Part shown: positions 11,320-24,230 of the stretch, in pieces
Layout of the letters: the number at the start of each line of letters is the position of its first letter
How positions within the stretch are numbered: the stretch's first letter is position 1
Source of the DNA: Cenococcum geophilum
Taxonomy: Eukaryota
Reading direction: 5' to 3'
Assembly (NCBI GenBank): GCA_050273025.1
Contig: CP158635.1
Coordinates: 1,798,001 to 1,862,000 of the forward strand
DNA length: 64,000 nucleotides
The notes under the pieces: generated by a model
What the model saw: the letters and a program-made list of their open reading frames with translations, nothing else
Told to the model about the DNA's origin: nothing
The model's database searches: none
Position numbers and translations under genes: made by a program

Positions 11320-14070
11320 TACAATATAGCCCAGCGCTAACCCCACAACCACGCGTCGCACGAAAAAAAGAACTAGTCACGAGACCAGCGCCTCGGCGGC
11401 CTCAGCGCCCACACACACCCTCCACCCGCGCACCCGCAGACCGAAAACAGCACTCGTGGAGCTCGAGCCCCCCATCCCCCCCGGTCTCCGCACCTTCAAC
11501 CCCCTGTGCCGATCGCGGAGCCGCACGGTGTGCCAAGAATTATGCCAAGAGCAGGATTTCCTGATGCTACGATCGCGGCGTTCGCGTTGTGAGGCCAGGT
11601 GACCGGTTCACGGACTGTGAGCATGATTCGTGTGGGATTGCGCGATGGAGCTTGGGGGTTCTGCAAAAAAAAAAAAAGGGGACGGTGATGGCGGTTCTGT
11701 GTAGAGGCAGAGAGGGTGTATGAGGCAGGGTAGGGTAGATTGCTGGATCGGGGAGGGCTGGAGGAGGCGTTTGGTGTTGATGTTGTTGGTGTTGATGTGG
11801 ATGCACGGCAGCTATCAAACAGCGCGTTTAGAGTTCGAAAGCGCAATTTGAGAAAATCCCATTCCCAAGCACCTGGGGCGCGCGACGCCTTCCCGAGCCA
11901 CGCATGTCGCCACGGAGGGTCCAGCGGAGCTTTGACTGGGCGCGCGTGGAGGGAACTCCAATGCTGCCCTCACAGATCCCCTTGTGTGCCGAGCTGCAGC
12001 AGCGGTCTCGGCCTCTCGGAGCCCCGATAACTCTAATTCTGCTCGACAGACGTGTACTTTATTGCCTGTTACCGGCCTAACGCCCAATTGCCCCCAGCTG
12101 CCCAGAGCGTGGGGTGGCCGACCCCGAGTGGAGGGCGCACGATGGCCTCATTCCACGGGGCCCTCGACTCAGGCAGGTCGAGGCGGGGGGGAAGAGAGAG
12201 AGCGAGCGACGCTATTGAGACAATAAAATTATGATGATCGTACAGCACATGTGCCTGGCGAGCGTGGGCGGATAGAGAAAGGTACGCTGGCCTTGGCAGG
12301 CAGATTCGTGGCCTGGACTACCGGCCAGCAAAGCCGGCGTGCTCCCACGTGCGGAAGAGCGGCGTTGGATCGGCGCGGAAGCATAACGCTGTGGTAGGAT
12401 GGGTTGCTGGGGGATGAGGGGCGGTGAAGGGGGGACCTCGCCGTGGGCTCTTCCGTGTGCGAAGGGTTGAGACGCCGCGCCTCCAACGGGTGATTACGAG
12501 TAGTGTGATCCACAAGGTCTCAGAGCAAGAAAAGGGGGGATATGGGGATGGGTAGAGAGGGGAGTTGGGTGTTTTTTGGTGCTGTGTGAGTGGAATTGGG
12601 ATTTGGAGTTTGGGAGTCATCATCATGGTTGTGTATAGTAGAGGGTTAGAATAAAGATATTTTGGTGCGGGAATAAAATGCTTCGGAGCATGATGCTTGC
12701 ATGAGCGGGTACCCACTCCCAGGTACATCTGGGATATTTGTGGATATTTCTGCTTGTCCACCTGCAAATCTGCTCGTAACGGCGTCCTCGGACTGTCGGC
12801 AAGTGGGCGCCCTTAAGCTTTTCAGAAGTAGCTGAGACGCTCTGGAAGAGCCTGATGTGGTAATCCTGCCACCATCTGTCACCATCCTGTCACCATCCTG
12901 ACCAGAGCAACATTAAATCCCCAGCGGCGGCAGGACGGTGACACACTCGTCGCTGGCGCTATCAACGCCAATCGTTCTTGTACAGGGGAACCGCATGTGC
13001 TCTGCATGAGCATATCTTGGATTTTCATGGTAATGCTGATAGGGAAATGCAGTCAGCCAGTAGGGGTTTATTGAATGATGATAGTAGATAGAGCAGATGA
13101 GCCACCGTGAGGCCTTGGCATAGTGTGATTGTGGTGTTGAGGTTAGATTCCTGAGTGGGATTGTTCCTTGTCAGATGACGCACAGCAGCTTTTTCGCCTG
13201 CTTCCTCAGCCGCCGACCCTTGCGCAAATAAGTTAATATTTGCGAGAGTGGAAGAAGCGGAAGAGAAAAACTTCTTCTTAGTCCGGGGGAATTATTGTGA
13301 AAGTCCAGAAGACGGGCCACGACAAATTGATTTCAGGGCACAGCTCTAGCAGTCACCTACTGTAAGGTTGGATCGTCAGAGAATGCCCAGCGGTGGCTGC
13401 AGGTCGCGGGTGCTCTAGCGGCCTGGACGCATGCATTGGCTGGGATCTGCTACAGGGCCGGCCAAGCACGGCCATCAAAACTGGCAGATTCGTAAACCGT
13501 TTATAATTCGGGAAAGAAAAATGCACGGAAAGGGTCCATAATACCATTTTTTTTCTAATAATATGAATCGCCTGCCCCGGACAATCCGTTGAGCCACCAA
13601 AACTAATCGCCTGATTATCCTTGGATTGAATTGGCTCCATTTTTCCCGTGCTCCAGTTTTCCTTAAATACTGTATGCTGTCGCCCCTCCGTTTTTTCGTT
13701 GACTATATCCATATCCACACCTTCCTTTGTACCGTGAATTTTCATATGTCCTGACCGAATATACCCTTTTCTTAAACTCTATCAATACCTCGCCGTGGGC
13801 TATACTTGTTTCGCTCAAAGTTCTACGAAGAGTCAGACATCAGACGTCAGACTTAAATCACCTCCTGATCACGCTTTACAAAAAATTCTACCTCTTCTCC
13901 ATTATACTTTCATCGTTCTCGCTAGTGCGCACTGGGAATTATAAGAAGACCCTCTACTTTCCTCCCAAATTCTTTCCTCGCATTTCAACACTCTCGACAC
14001 TCGTCAAATTACACAGCATATCTTTTCAATACCACACATCCCCTAACAACTTACACATACCGAATTGACG

Positions 14071-15221
14071 ATGCTTTCTCGATCCTTCCCTCGCGTTATT
14101 GCGAAGCGCGTCACCCCAGCTGCCGTTACTGCAATCCGTCCGTTCTCCAAGGTTGGCGGTCGCAATAACGCAGAGGTTTTCAGCGCTGAGACTGTTCCCG
14201 TCATCACTTATGCTGATGGCGCTCGGGCTGAACATATGTTTCCTCCGCAGGAGCCTGCCGTCGTCAAGCCTCCAGGAGTCGATGTTCAGAAACACGCTGT
14301 CGCTCTCGATCCGTCAATCCTCAGCCGGCTCACACCAACTATGAAGAAATTCACCCTGACAGACAAGGTTGCCGTTATCACTGGGTCCGTTTAAATCCAA
14401 TATTTTCTTCCATTATTTCAATTCATCTAACGTACGTTCAGTGGCGGTCGCGGATTGGGCTACAACATGGCCCAGGGCTTAGCGGAAGTCGGCGTCAAAG
14501 GCATCGCCATCATGGATGTCGGAGCGGATTACGGTGCACAGGCTGCCGAACAGCTTACGCGGGAGACTGGCGTCGATGTCCGATTCTACCAGGTCGATGT
14601 TCGTGACGGAGCTGCCATCTCAGGTGCCGTTGGGGATGTCGTCGCACACTACGGCCACATTGATGTCCTGATCAACTCTGCCGGTATTGCTGAGTAAGTT
14701 CGCTGCAACTATACTGTCAATTTTCGGCACTAACATTTCTCAGCTCTAACATACCAGCTGAAAACTACCCCGCCGAGAAATTCCGAAGACTCATCGATAT
14801 CAACGTTAACGGCTCCTTTCTCGTCGCGCAAGCCATTGGCCGTGAGATGATCCGGCAGCAAAGACCGGGATCCATCATTTTCATTGCATCCATGTCCGGC
14901 TCTATCGTCAACTATCCGCAGGAGCAATCTTGCTATAACGCCTCCAAAGCTGGCGTCATCCAATTGACCAAGTCTCTTGCTGCTGAATGGGCCAAATACA
15001 ACATCCGCGTCAACGCCATCTCCCCCGGATACATGGACACTGCGCTCAACCGTGTTCCCACTCTCGATGCCCAGAAGAAGATCTGGGTCGATGCTACCCC
15101 CCAGAAGCGTCTCGGAGCCGTTGACGACCTCAACAACCTCGCCGTTTACCTTGCCTCAGACGCGAGCAGCTACATGACGGGCACAAACGCCATAATTGAC
15201 GGCGGCTATACGCTTTACTAG
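14071..15221 (+). CDS. Short-chain dehydrogenase/reductase (D-arabinitol/mannitol/sorbose-reductase-like), probable mitochondrial presequence; 3 exons
   Basis: TGGGRGLG NAD(P)-binding motif across intron 14385-14441, NSAG, IASMSG and YNASK catalytic motif. Second GT-AG intron at ~14694-14743. Arg/Ser-rich N-terminus. Confidence 0.9.
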
Positions 15222-15812
15222 TCGTTAGTGAGGAGCTTGTTGTAGTTCTCTTCACTTTCTCTTCCTAAAGAAATAGTTTGGGTTAAGAGTTTTGATTCGC
15301 GTCTACAAGAACAGAAACTGAATGGGCATGGCGAGCGTTGGCGTTCGGAAATATCATTGGCGGCATTAGTTTCGATTTTTCAAGTTTCGAATACGGGTAA
15401 TACCATAGAGAATACCATAGAGGTTTCAGTGGCGGCATCGTCACCCTAATAATAAGGGGTTTTACAGGCTTCTGGAATATTTGATCTGTGAACAGTGCGA
15501 TGACCCGAGGTTTTTTGACCAAACTAATATGTAAATGCAATAGTCCTAGAATAAGGACTTGATTTCAATGGCGAGGGAAAGGCGTCGTCCTACAGCTCTA
15601 GATAGGCTTGTAGTTTGGACTACTGCTTTGAGAATCCTCTGTTAACAATCTAGGATATCTCATACCTTACGGATCCGTTTGATTAGGTTCAAGCACTTAA
15701 ACCTAGTGAAAAATGATACCACCGTATACCTCGGGGGCAGTATGGTGCCAGTATTGGGGTGAGGTCTAAGTAGTGCACGTTGAATGTCATTGTCTAGACC
15801 TCGGCTTTGCCA

Positions 15813-15850
15813 CCTTAGATCTCAGCCCTACCGTAAACCAAGACAGCGCA
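15813..15850 (+). repeat. 38-bp direct repeat, copy 1
   Basis: CCTTAGATCTCAGCCCTACCGTAAACCAAGACAGCGCA; 37/38 identical to 20089-20126. Confidence 0.9.
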
Positions 15851-16400
15851 ATAGAAAACTAAGTTATATTAATTAAGGAAGTAAGAAGAAAATAAGGGCC
15901 TTATACCTTATATCCTCACTATAATACACGAGCCTTATAGTAGTAATTATATTACTCTTTTATATAACTTGTCTTCTTAATAAAGCCCTTAATTTAAAGT
16001 TTAAATACCTTAAATAATTAAGTTATAATAGTATTAGTATTGAGTCCTTTTTAAAGTATTTATATAATACTTTTAATACTTAATCTTTTAAGCACATATT
16101 AGTAATATAAAAGGCCTTGCTTTTATAATCTCTTCTTTTCTTTAGCTTATTCCTTTAATTGAAATAATTAATAGTTAAATATACTTTTAAGTCTTTTATC
16201 TTATAAACTAATGTTTTTATTTAGCTTAAGCTATTATAATAGCTCTCTTAAGATATAAATATGCCTTTTTTTATTAATATAACTTTAAGTTATTAATATA
16301 ACTTTAAGTTATTAATCTTATCATAAGTTTCTTATATCTTATTACTATTATTATTACTTATAAAATAACAATCTAATATAATATGCATAAGGCTTCAAAG
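15851..16400. repeat. Heavily RIP-mutated AT-rich repeat relic, family unidentified
   Basis: Extreme TpA enrichment and CpA/TpG depletion; no recognisable ORF or termini. Confidence 0.5.
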
Positions 16401-16509
16401 TCTCGATTAATAGAGAAGGTGCCGTGTTAAACCTCTTATTACACCTAACATTGACGTGGTAAAGGGCCGTTCGCAAATAGCCCCAGATGCATTTAGCATT
16501 TAACCTATC

Positions 16510-16951
16510 CATGGCTCCCAGTAATGAATGGATGTATATTCATGCCACTTATCGTATTCATATCATTAAGGCCTCCAGATATTCATTATCGCGATAATAT
16601 CGCGATATTGACTTAATAAGCAATATCACCAGGCTTGGCAAGGCGTTGAGGGAGGCGATCGTCCTCGGAGTTCTCCCAAATCGTCACCCCCCTCCTGCTT
16701 CTCGGACCAATAGGCTCGTTAATAGATCCTTCATCTATCCTAATATAAATTAACAAAATTTTACTTGTGCGTATATTTTAGAATAATAGGCGTATTTACA
16801 ATCCTTTGCGAACACTCTACTACCCCTTTATAACTCACCGACTACGACCAACGCTCTAAAATTCATAAGATTCAATATCGTATCCATATCACTTCATAAC
16901 GGTAAGCATATCGCGATAAATGAATGAATAAGGTTATCGTTGGGAGCCCTG
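16510..16951. mobile_element. Non-autonomous hAT-type element (MITE, 442 bp)
   Basis: TIR CATGGCTCCCA...TGGGAGCCCTG; 8-bp TSD AACCTATC at 16502-16509 and 16952-16959; subterminal ATCGCGATA repeats. Confidence 0.9.
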
Positions 16952-17473
16952 AACCTATCCGAGGAATTGTCCACCGAGCATCCCTGGCTATCAGATGATC
17001 TTTAACACTCTTGGCTTCAAGCCTTGTGGGTACCAGTTCTCTTTGATGTATTCGCCTGGCTGCCAGACGTGGCCTACCCGTCGATATGTTGCGAGACCGT
17101 CGGGGCCAGCCTCAACTGGCGCCAATACTAGGTAGAAGTCCCGGCTCATTTCCGAAACCCAGAGTCTGACGCCAGTCAACACATCACAACACTTAAGTTT
17201 ACCAGTATCATAATCAGAAATGCAGTCGAGGGCGAAATCTGTTCGATAGCCGTTGCCTTCCAAGGTAAATTCTAACCTTTCAGCGTCCTCATTGTGCTGC
17301 CACACCTCAAACCGAGCCTCGAAAAGAGGTGCCGAGAGGATAATATGTCCTGCAATGACTTTACCTGCGGGATCTGAACCCACAGGTGTCACTGCTGCCT
17401 CTAGTATGACACAATCGTCAAACAAGGTGTCCCTCGTTATAGGACACGCAAATGTCACTGGGTCTTCGACTGC

Positions 17474-17709
17474 TGTCAATCGGAAGTCCGTGCACCGATT
17501 GTAAGAAAAGAATGATGACTCTGTCTATTGAATGGTGGCTCTAGAGCCTCTATATATACATAGGAAAGGTGTAGGAAATGAGAACGAGAAGGGGGTAAGG
17601 GGGTGGCAATGGAAACAAGGGGTAGGTGACCGAGTCAATGACCGAGTCAATGACTGAGTCAATGGGAAGTAGCTGAGTCGGTGATAAGATAACCTGATTC
17701 AGGTCGACA
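17474..17709 (-). mobile_element. Solo LTR (236 bp) inserted in the HET coding region
   Basis: TG...CA ends; TSD ACTGC at 17469-17473 and 17710-17714. Minus-strand start TGTCGACCTGAATC is shared with the Copia LTR at 31044. Excision restores PSWSWSAVEDPV. Confidence 0.9.
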
Positions 17710-19034
17710 ACTGCTGACCACGACCACGAAGGACTTAGACAGTCTAATGGCCTTGTTACCCGATCCCTAACGAACCAGGCAAGATCCAACAGGAGGGTAT
17801 TCCTCCACAGCCCTGCAAGATATACGTCTCCTGGCCGTAGTTGCATCATCTGCTTGGCAACACCAGACAGAGCTGGAAGCCTGTCCTGGTCGAATGTGAG
17901 GTCAAGTTCGGAATAGTGCTGGACTATCTCGTGCCAGAGGCTCACGAGCTTATGCTCGTGCTTCGTGAAGCCGCAGCCGCAGCATATCTCTGCAAGTGGG
18001 GAGTCCTCATAGTCATGGCAAGCAAATAACTGCTTGTATTTTTCTTTAAACCTGCGGTCCCGCAAGAACTGGGGTTTAACCCCGTTGTTATTACAGTTAC
18101 TATCGCACTCGCAGGTGGAAAGCTCGCCACATTCTCACATGATTTCTCCCTTAGTAAAATGTAGTAGGCGAGGGGAAAGTAATCGCTCCTGGAAGCACCA
18201 AGCACGGGTCAGAAGGGGAAAGTCGCTCCGAGAGGGAAAGTCGTTTAGAGAGGAGAAGTCTTCCAGAAAGGGAAAGCCCAGTCTCGTCTTAGTTGCCGCT
18301 GCATCGGTGCCCCTGAGAGTTTGCGTTTCCCAGGAGCTTATATGCTGGAGTTCGGGCCAACCTCGAACACAGACTTCGTATTCCGTGCCATTGCGAGACT
18401 TGCAGGGGATTCGATGAGGGCTCAAAAGTTCAGGAGTAGCCAAAAAGCAGCCATTGTCGTCGCTTGCGGATGATGTGGCGCAGAGGGTAACATAAGCCCT
18501 CCCGTATATATCAGCCATTAGGGCCGACTGCTCGATCCAGTCGTCCGAACTGTCTTGGATGATGCAGATAGAGTCAATCCACAGGTATCGCAGTCCCAGA
18601 CGACGCGTGAATTCGATGGCGTCTCGAAAGGTAGCTGGAAGAAGTCCCCATTCAATGGCCTGCTTATTCCTCTCAAGGGTCGCTTCAGTTGATTTGCAAA
18701 GTGATTGACTATCACCCCAACAATGGCTGAGACAGGCATATCGCCCAGTCTGGCCAGCGGACTCGTACAGCGCGACCTGAGTCTGACTATCCTGTGGACT
18801 AACATCGATGAGCCTCTTTGGGAGAAGAGGCGAGGGCTGCGTTAAGCAAACGTGAGTAGACTGACACACGTCAAGCCAATGACGTGCTATGACAACCTGC
18901 TCCTCTAAAGTGGCGAAGCCAATCTTTTTAATTGGAATGTCATTAAAAGGACGGAGTTGGCCTGGGAAATGATTGAATTAGCCTTAATCCTGCATATTAT
19001 ATGCTCAAATTAAAATGCTGAGATTGTCCTCAAT

Positions 19035-19294
19035 TGTCGACCTGAATCGAAGTTCCTTACTACCATCGTAATACTGTCTGACGACCTAGATCGTCTATAC
19101 GAACTATGTCTCAGTTGTCTCGTATCTTGAGCTCGTATGTCTCATCGAACGTCTCATTACCTGTTTCTCTTAACTATGACCTACTACATGACGACGTCGT
19201 CGTCATTGTATTTGGACCTACCTGATGTATATAAAAGAGCTTCTAGAGCCCTCTTTAATAAACAGAGTTCTCATTCCTGATCGTCCGTTCAACA
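19035..19294 (+). mobile_element. Solo LTR (260 bp) of the Copia family at 31044-36353, in the HET gene intron
   Basis: Near-identical to 31044-31303; TSD TCAAT at 19030-19034 and 19295-19299. Confidence 0.95.
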
Positions 19295-20088
19295 TCAATT
19301 CTATAGTGCGCACGAGCGAAAGTACCGCGGTTATCTCGTACAATTGCTTTTAGAACGTGAATTGAGTGAGTCTTACCAGGCGGTACGAATACCTCAAACA
19401 TAGTGTGAAATCCAGTGTAGCTCAAGGACATGTTGCGCCATTGCGCCTTGTCTTCTTGGTTGAAATTGCCAATGTCTTGCCAATGACCATCTCTTGGTGG
19501 TTTTTGACGGCAAAAGCCTTATGCCCACGCTCAACACAGGAGCGGACAATATCCTTTTTGAAGTAGCATCTATCGCATAGTCGGGTTTCGTCATCCTCAA
19601 ATGATATTTTTTCATTCTCGCAGCCTGGACATGGTAATAAGGATGCTCCAGATGAGCCTGAAGTCCCAAGTGAGTGATCCGGCATCGCGACACGAACGCC
19701 AGCCTTAAAATGTTTAGGTGAAGGTCAGAGCTGGTGTTTGAGCATATGTACTGAGGTTTTAAAAATGAGCACTCAAGCAAATGACCAAGAAAGTTGCTTA
19801 GAGAGGGAGTGGAGTGCCCTGAGAAGATCGTAAAGTCGTCTCTTTGCTTCCGGGAACGAAGTGGATCATCAAACGGTAAAAATATCCTTAATGGAATAGA
19901 ACTAACGATGTTCTGGCCCTTTTAGTCAGATCATCAACGTCAAAAATATTTCGGCTCGAGGCTGATACATACTTTTCGCTGGCGCTTGAACACCCTAGCG
20001 TTAGGGAGCCGAATTTTGCCCATTCCCAACGCCGGCGTTCCTCAGGCGCTAGCGAAACTGATGCGCCAGCGCCAGGGAGCCAATTCCT

Positions 20089-20126
20089 CCTTAGATCCCA
20101 GCCCTACCGTAAACCAAGACAGCGCA
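20089..20126 (+). repeat. 38-bp direct repeat, copy 2
   Basis: CCTTAGATCCCAGCCCTACCGTAAACCAAGACAGCGCA. Confidence 0.9.
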
Positions 20127-20352
20127 GGCTTGGCACAGCCATCACGATCGGGAACAGTTGCGAGCAACCTTCAAATTCCCAAACCACATCATCCACATAT
20201 CCACAAGTCCCCACGCCCTTAGACCTTATCCAGCTCCCTCTAATAAGCTATAAATTAGCTTTCAGATCTTAAGGAATACCATCTGGATCCTTCTATTGCC
20301 ACCAAACCGCCCGCCTCCGCTTAATCCCCTCCCTCTCTCTACCCCATCCACC

Positions 20353-20845
20353 ATGTCCGACGCCTACGAGCGCGAAAGGTACCTCTCCGCCGCCCGAGCC
20401 CCAACCCCCCAACCGCACGACAGCTAACGCGATTGCGAACCCCCCCAGGCAGAACAACTCGCGGCTCGACGAACTAGCCTCCAAAGTCTCCGCGCTGCGG
20501 GGCGTGACGATCGACATCTACGACAACGCGCGGGACCAGCACATCATCGACGATGCCGTACGTGCTCTGCTCCCCCTTCCACTCTCCACCCTCCACTCTC
20601 CACTCTTCCTCAAGCCCATGCCTCCGCCCTCCTGCCCACTCGTCCCCCCCAACAACCGTCACTGACCTGACATACGGCCTCTCCAGAACGAAACCTTCTC
20701 GACCTTCTCCGGCTCGCTGAAGGGCAGCGCGACGCGCCTGGGCCGCATGGCGCAGTCCGGGAACAAGGTCGCCATCCTGAAGCTCGCGGGCATCATCGTC
20801 GCCGCTGCGCTGGTGCTCTACTGGATCTGGCATCTGGTGTTCTAG
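20353..20845 (+). CDS. SFT1: Golgi Qc-SNARE Sft1/Bet1-like; 3 exons; absent from the ORF track
   Basis: Spliced product MSDAYERERQNNSRLDELASKVSALRGVTIDIYDNARDQHIIDDANETFSTFSGSLKGSATRLGRMAQSGNKVAILKLAGIIVAAALVLYWIWHLVF: SNARE coiled coil plus C-terminal TM. Two GT-AG introns with CTAAC/CTGAC branch sites. Confidence 0.9.
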
Positions 20846-21419
20846 ATCCCCTCTCTTCCTCCTTGTCTGCGGAGTGGGAGCTTGGAGAGTTGGTGCTGGG
20901 TCTGGATGGCGGGGGTAGGGATTGGGGATAGGAGGGAAAGACGGTGAGGAGAGGAAGTGGAGGGGAGGGGTATAGGGTGAGGGCGGAGATTGTATCATAT
21001 TCCCCCCGCAGTGGGGAGGAGAGTTGGATTGCAGTTAGCGCATTGGATCAGGCGTTTTCTTGAAGTTGTACGCGGGTGCGAGATGGGTTTCTGGCGTTGG
21101 GGGAGCGGGGTTGTATTATTAACTAGCCCCTAGTCCGTGAGAATCTTCGATGTATTTTAACGTTGATGTTCTGCTAGAGCAACCTCTAGGCTGGACGACT
21201 GACTCGAAGATGAGAGAAGATCTCAGCCGTATTCTAGATCACTTAGAGGTTTCGGCTACACCGCAACCAATTCTGCTAGGCGATCTAGGCTTTATCATTT
21301 TCACTTCTACTATCGCAACCAGTTTCTCCTAACACCGCCTATTCCTTCCAACCCTTCATCCCTTATCCCTCATGATATCGTTATAACTCCCTTTAAACGT
21401 GCGGACCCCAAAACACTCC

Positions 21420-23379
21420 CTACTCCCAAACGTTCGAAAACAAATCATCTCCTCCCATCCCCCCTAAAGGCTTCGGTGCCGTCCCTGGCCCAGTTCCACG
21501 AGCATTGGCGTTCGTCGTAGTAGTTGGAGCCGCGCTGCTCCACCCACCAAAATCTTCATCAGCACTGATTCGCGGCGACGTCGTTTTCGCTGCGGAGCCC
21601 CATCCAGGAGACTTCGGCGCGGCGGTGTGTGAAGTGGTGGTAGTAGTGTTGCTCGAGCCACCCCACGCCTCGTTTGTCCCCCAGGCATCCAGATTTGACA
21701 AGCCCGAAAACTTAGATGCGGCCGCTGGTTGCGCCTTAGGCTGCTGCGGCAGTGGGGCGGGGGAAGAGAGGTTGAAGGCGGAGCTTAGGTTGGTTGATGG
21801 GGGGGCGGCAGCTGGTTTGGGCGGTGCGGAGGGTGCGGGGGCTGGCGTCGAGAAACCGAATAGGTCAGCCATACCTGAGCTGGAGCTTGCGGCTGGCTTA
21901 GGGGGAGCGGTAGTCGTGGTGGGAGCGAAGGATTCGAAGTCGCCGAAGCCACTAGACGAGCTAAAAGTCCTTTGCTTCTGTGGAGGTGGTTTATTGGCTG
22001 GTGGGGATTTGGGAGCGGTGTCGAAGAAGCTCCCTCCACCGCCAAAAGCTGAGGAAGATGGTGTGGAACGGTGACTTGAGTAGTTGGCGAGGTCGGAGAA
22101 AGCGGAGGGCTTAGGCTGCTGTTGAGCGGGTGGCGAACTGAAATTCAAGCTGCTAAAAGTGTCGTTCAACCCTCCTAGGCCGGACTGCTGTGGTGGATTT
22201 TGAGAGCTTGAGGATTGGAGTCCTCCGAAGGAACCGGAGTGGCCATGCTGCACCATAGGTTGGGAAGATGGCTTTGGGGTAGAAGCATAGAGTGAAAGTA
22301 TTGATTGTTTCAAATCTGGCCTTGATGGCATTGACGACGTGGCTGGACCTGTGCTTGAAGACCTCTCTGGAGGGGCAGACTGCGAGCTGCCAAAGAAGTC
22401 CAACCCAAGTAACGAGTCGGCCGGCTTCGTCTGCCTGGGTGAAGCGGGTTCTGCTTTTGGTGGAGCAGGTCTAGTGATCGATGGTCCGGTAGTACTCGGT
22501 CGAGGAGGCGCTTCAGTAGGATCATCACCAAATAGATCAACATTCTGCTGCTGTCTGGCTGGTGGCTGGATGGTCTGGCTGGAAGTAGCAGCTGCACGTT
22601 GTGATACTGATCTTTCCAACTTGGCTTTCTCTTGAACGACATTTAATGGCTTTTTATCCATTATCAGCATTTATACTCCGAAACGGAGCGTATTGCGGTC
22701 AACGTACCACATCATCGTCTCCCTCAACATCCAGTGTCGCCGGGTCCGGTATGCCACCATCCATCACCCACCGCTTTGACTCGTACTTTGTTCGTATGAA
22801 GTTTTCGATCTTCCTGTGGCGGGGTTAATCCACGACGTAGAACGGCGCTTTTTAGGAAGTCTTACGACTCGGAAGGTACATGGCCTGGTGCTAATTTCGC
22901 TTCCCAATATCTGTGTATATCAGTGATGATTCATGATTTCTTCACAAACACTGCACTGACTTGTTGGCCCTCTCATTGCCCCACCGTAGCATGCTCTGCA
23001 GTTGTTCATCCGTCCAAGAGTCCAAATCCACAGACTTGACTCGACTGATATGCGTTCCCATGCCTCGATGTATTCCAGAACATCTGTAGACTTGGTCAGC
23101 GCCTGTAATGCGCAGTGTCCTCAGTCTCTTTCTTGCAGATAAGCACACGTACCGGATGCAAATGAAGATACCTATATTCCAGCTAGCCCATCTTGGGTCT
23201 GTTTTTAAAGGTCGGTCAATGGAATTTATTCATGAGGGTACTAGGAAGAAGAGAAATGTCCTACGTTTGTTTCTTTTACAATCCGCACAGCTCTTGTTCG
23301 ATTCTAATTTCACCAGGCTCTTTAGGGTTTGTTGGTTCTGCGCGGCGCGATCAGCGCCCGGATTTAGTCGCCTCGACAT
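21420..23379 (-). CDS. AGE2: ARF GTPase-activating protein (Age2/SMAP-like), multi-exon
   Basis: N-terminal ArfGAP domain CADC...[38 protein letters not shown]...GN..AN.YWE...ENFIRTKYE, then a low-complexity S/P-rich tail with SILSLY and DLFSNVWE end. Confidence 0.9.
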
Positions 23380-24230
23380 TTCCGTCGTTTCGCAGCAGGT
23401 ATTTTAAGGAGTGTTGGATTCTTCTGTTTGCGGGGTTTATAGAAGCCGAGGGGATACGTGTGGAGGGGAATTGTGGCTGCTCTAGGATGTAGGACAGTTG
23501 CGGGCGACGTTCAGCAATAAGCGGACGTGGAGGCTTGGCGCCGTCAGAATTGATGCCCTAAATTTTGGATGCTTCTGATAGGTCAAAGATTGACCGTCCT
23601 TAGGCGGCATTTTATTTAAATAAAAAAAAGACTATTTGTTACTCCTCTAAGCCGTGCTTGCATTATACACAATCACAGTAGTGCCGAATTCGTGAATAGA
23701 GAGCTCAGGAAGCGAGAACCTTGGACTCCTTCAAGCAACGGTAATTTGAAGAATTGCGTAACGGCGCTGAGGCATCTTCATGATTAAGAGACTTTGCAAT
23801 CATTATGGTGAAAAGTAAGGAGAGTTGTTTGGCCGTGCTTACGATACCCTTAGTGACTGATCTTTCCCGTGTGGTGCTGGCAACGACCAAGGTTGCTCCA
23901 AAGTGTGGGAGAATCGACTGTCACCAAAAGCTCTTGTTAGAGCCGCGATGGTCTTCAGTGGTCTTTGCTATGAAATTGACATTCGCGGTCAGTTTCTGAA
24001 AGTCTCCTACGTACGTCATGGCCTACAGTGGCCTGAATATTCACTGCGACCCAGATGCAACCTTGGACCAAGTGCAACGCAATCTCACGCCTAGCTTCGA
24101 AAGTGAAGATTGGGCTGCGCATGTTAAGAAAAGGCATCGCTTGGAATACCTCGAGGTTCGTTATGATATAGTACAGATCTAGGATACAGGTTTGAACAGG
24201 GTAATTGATAGCATATTATGGTCCGGCATT

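Larger units (their letters stand above)
16991..19685 (-). pseudogene. HET-domain (heterokaryon incompatibility, PF06985-type) gene, inactivated
   Basis: LPKRLIDV, YACLSHCWG, LPATFRDAI, YLWIDSICIIQD, MADIY, LTRAWCFQERLLSPR, DRLPALSG, PSWSW. Lesions: TGA at a conserved Trp (18135-18137), exonic solo LTR, intronic solo LTR, exon-1 frameshift (~19510). Confidence 0.9.

Noticed and set aside
11496..12885. Cluster of overlapping 80-150-aa ORFs
   Set aside because: Low-complexity GC-rich sequence, ORFs on both strands, no domain motifs or coherent exon structure.
17550..18065. ORF ending in IDSVIDSVIDSV...PLPPPYP as a real C-terminus
   Set aside because: The tail is read-through into the solo LTR 17474-17709.
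20474..20998. 174-aa minus-strand ORF
   Set aside because: Antisense shadow of the GC-rich spliced SFT1 gene.
21505..22635. Plus-strand ORFs of 189 and 98 aa
   Set aside because: Antisense shadows of the low-complexity ArfGAP tail.
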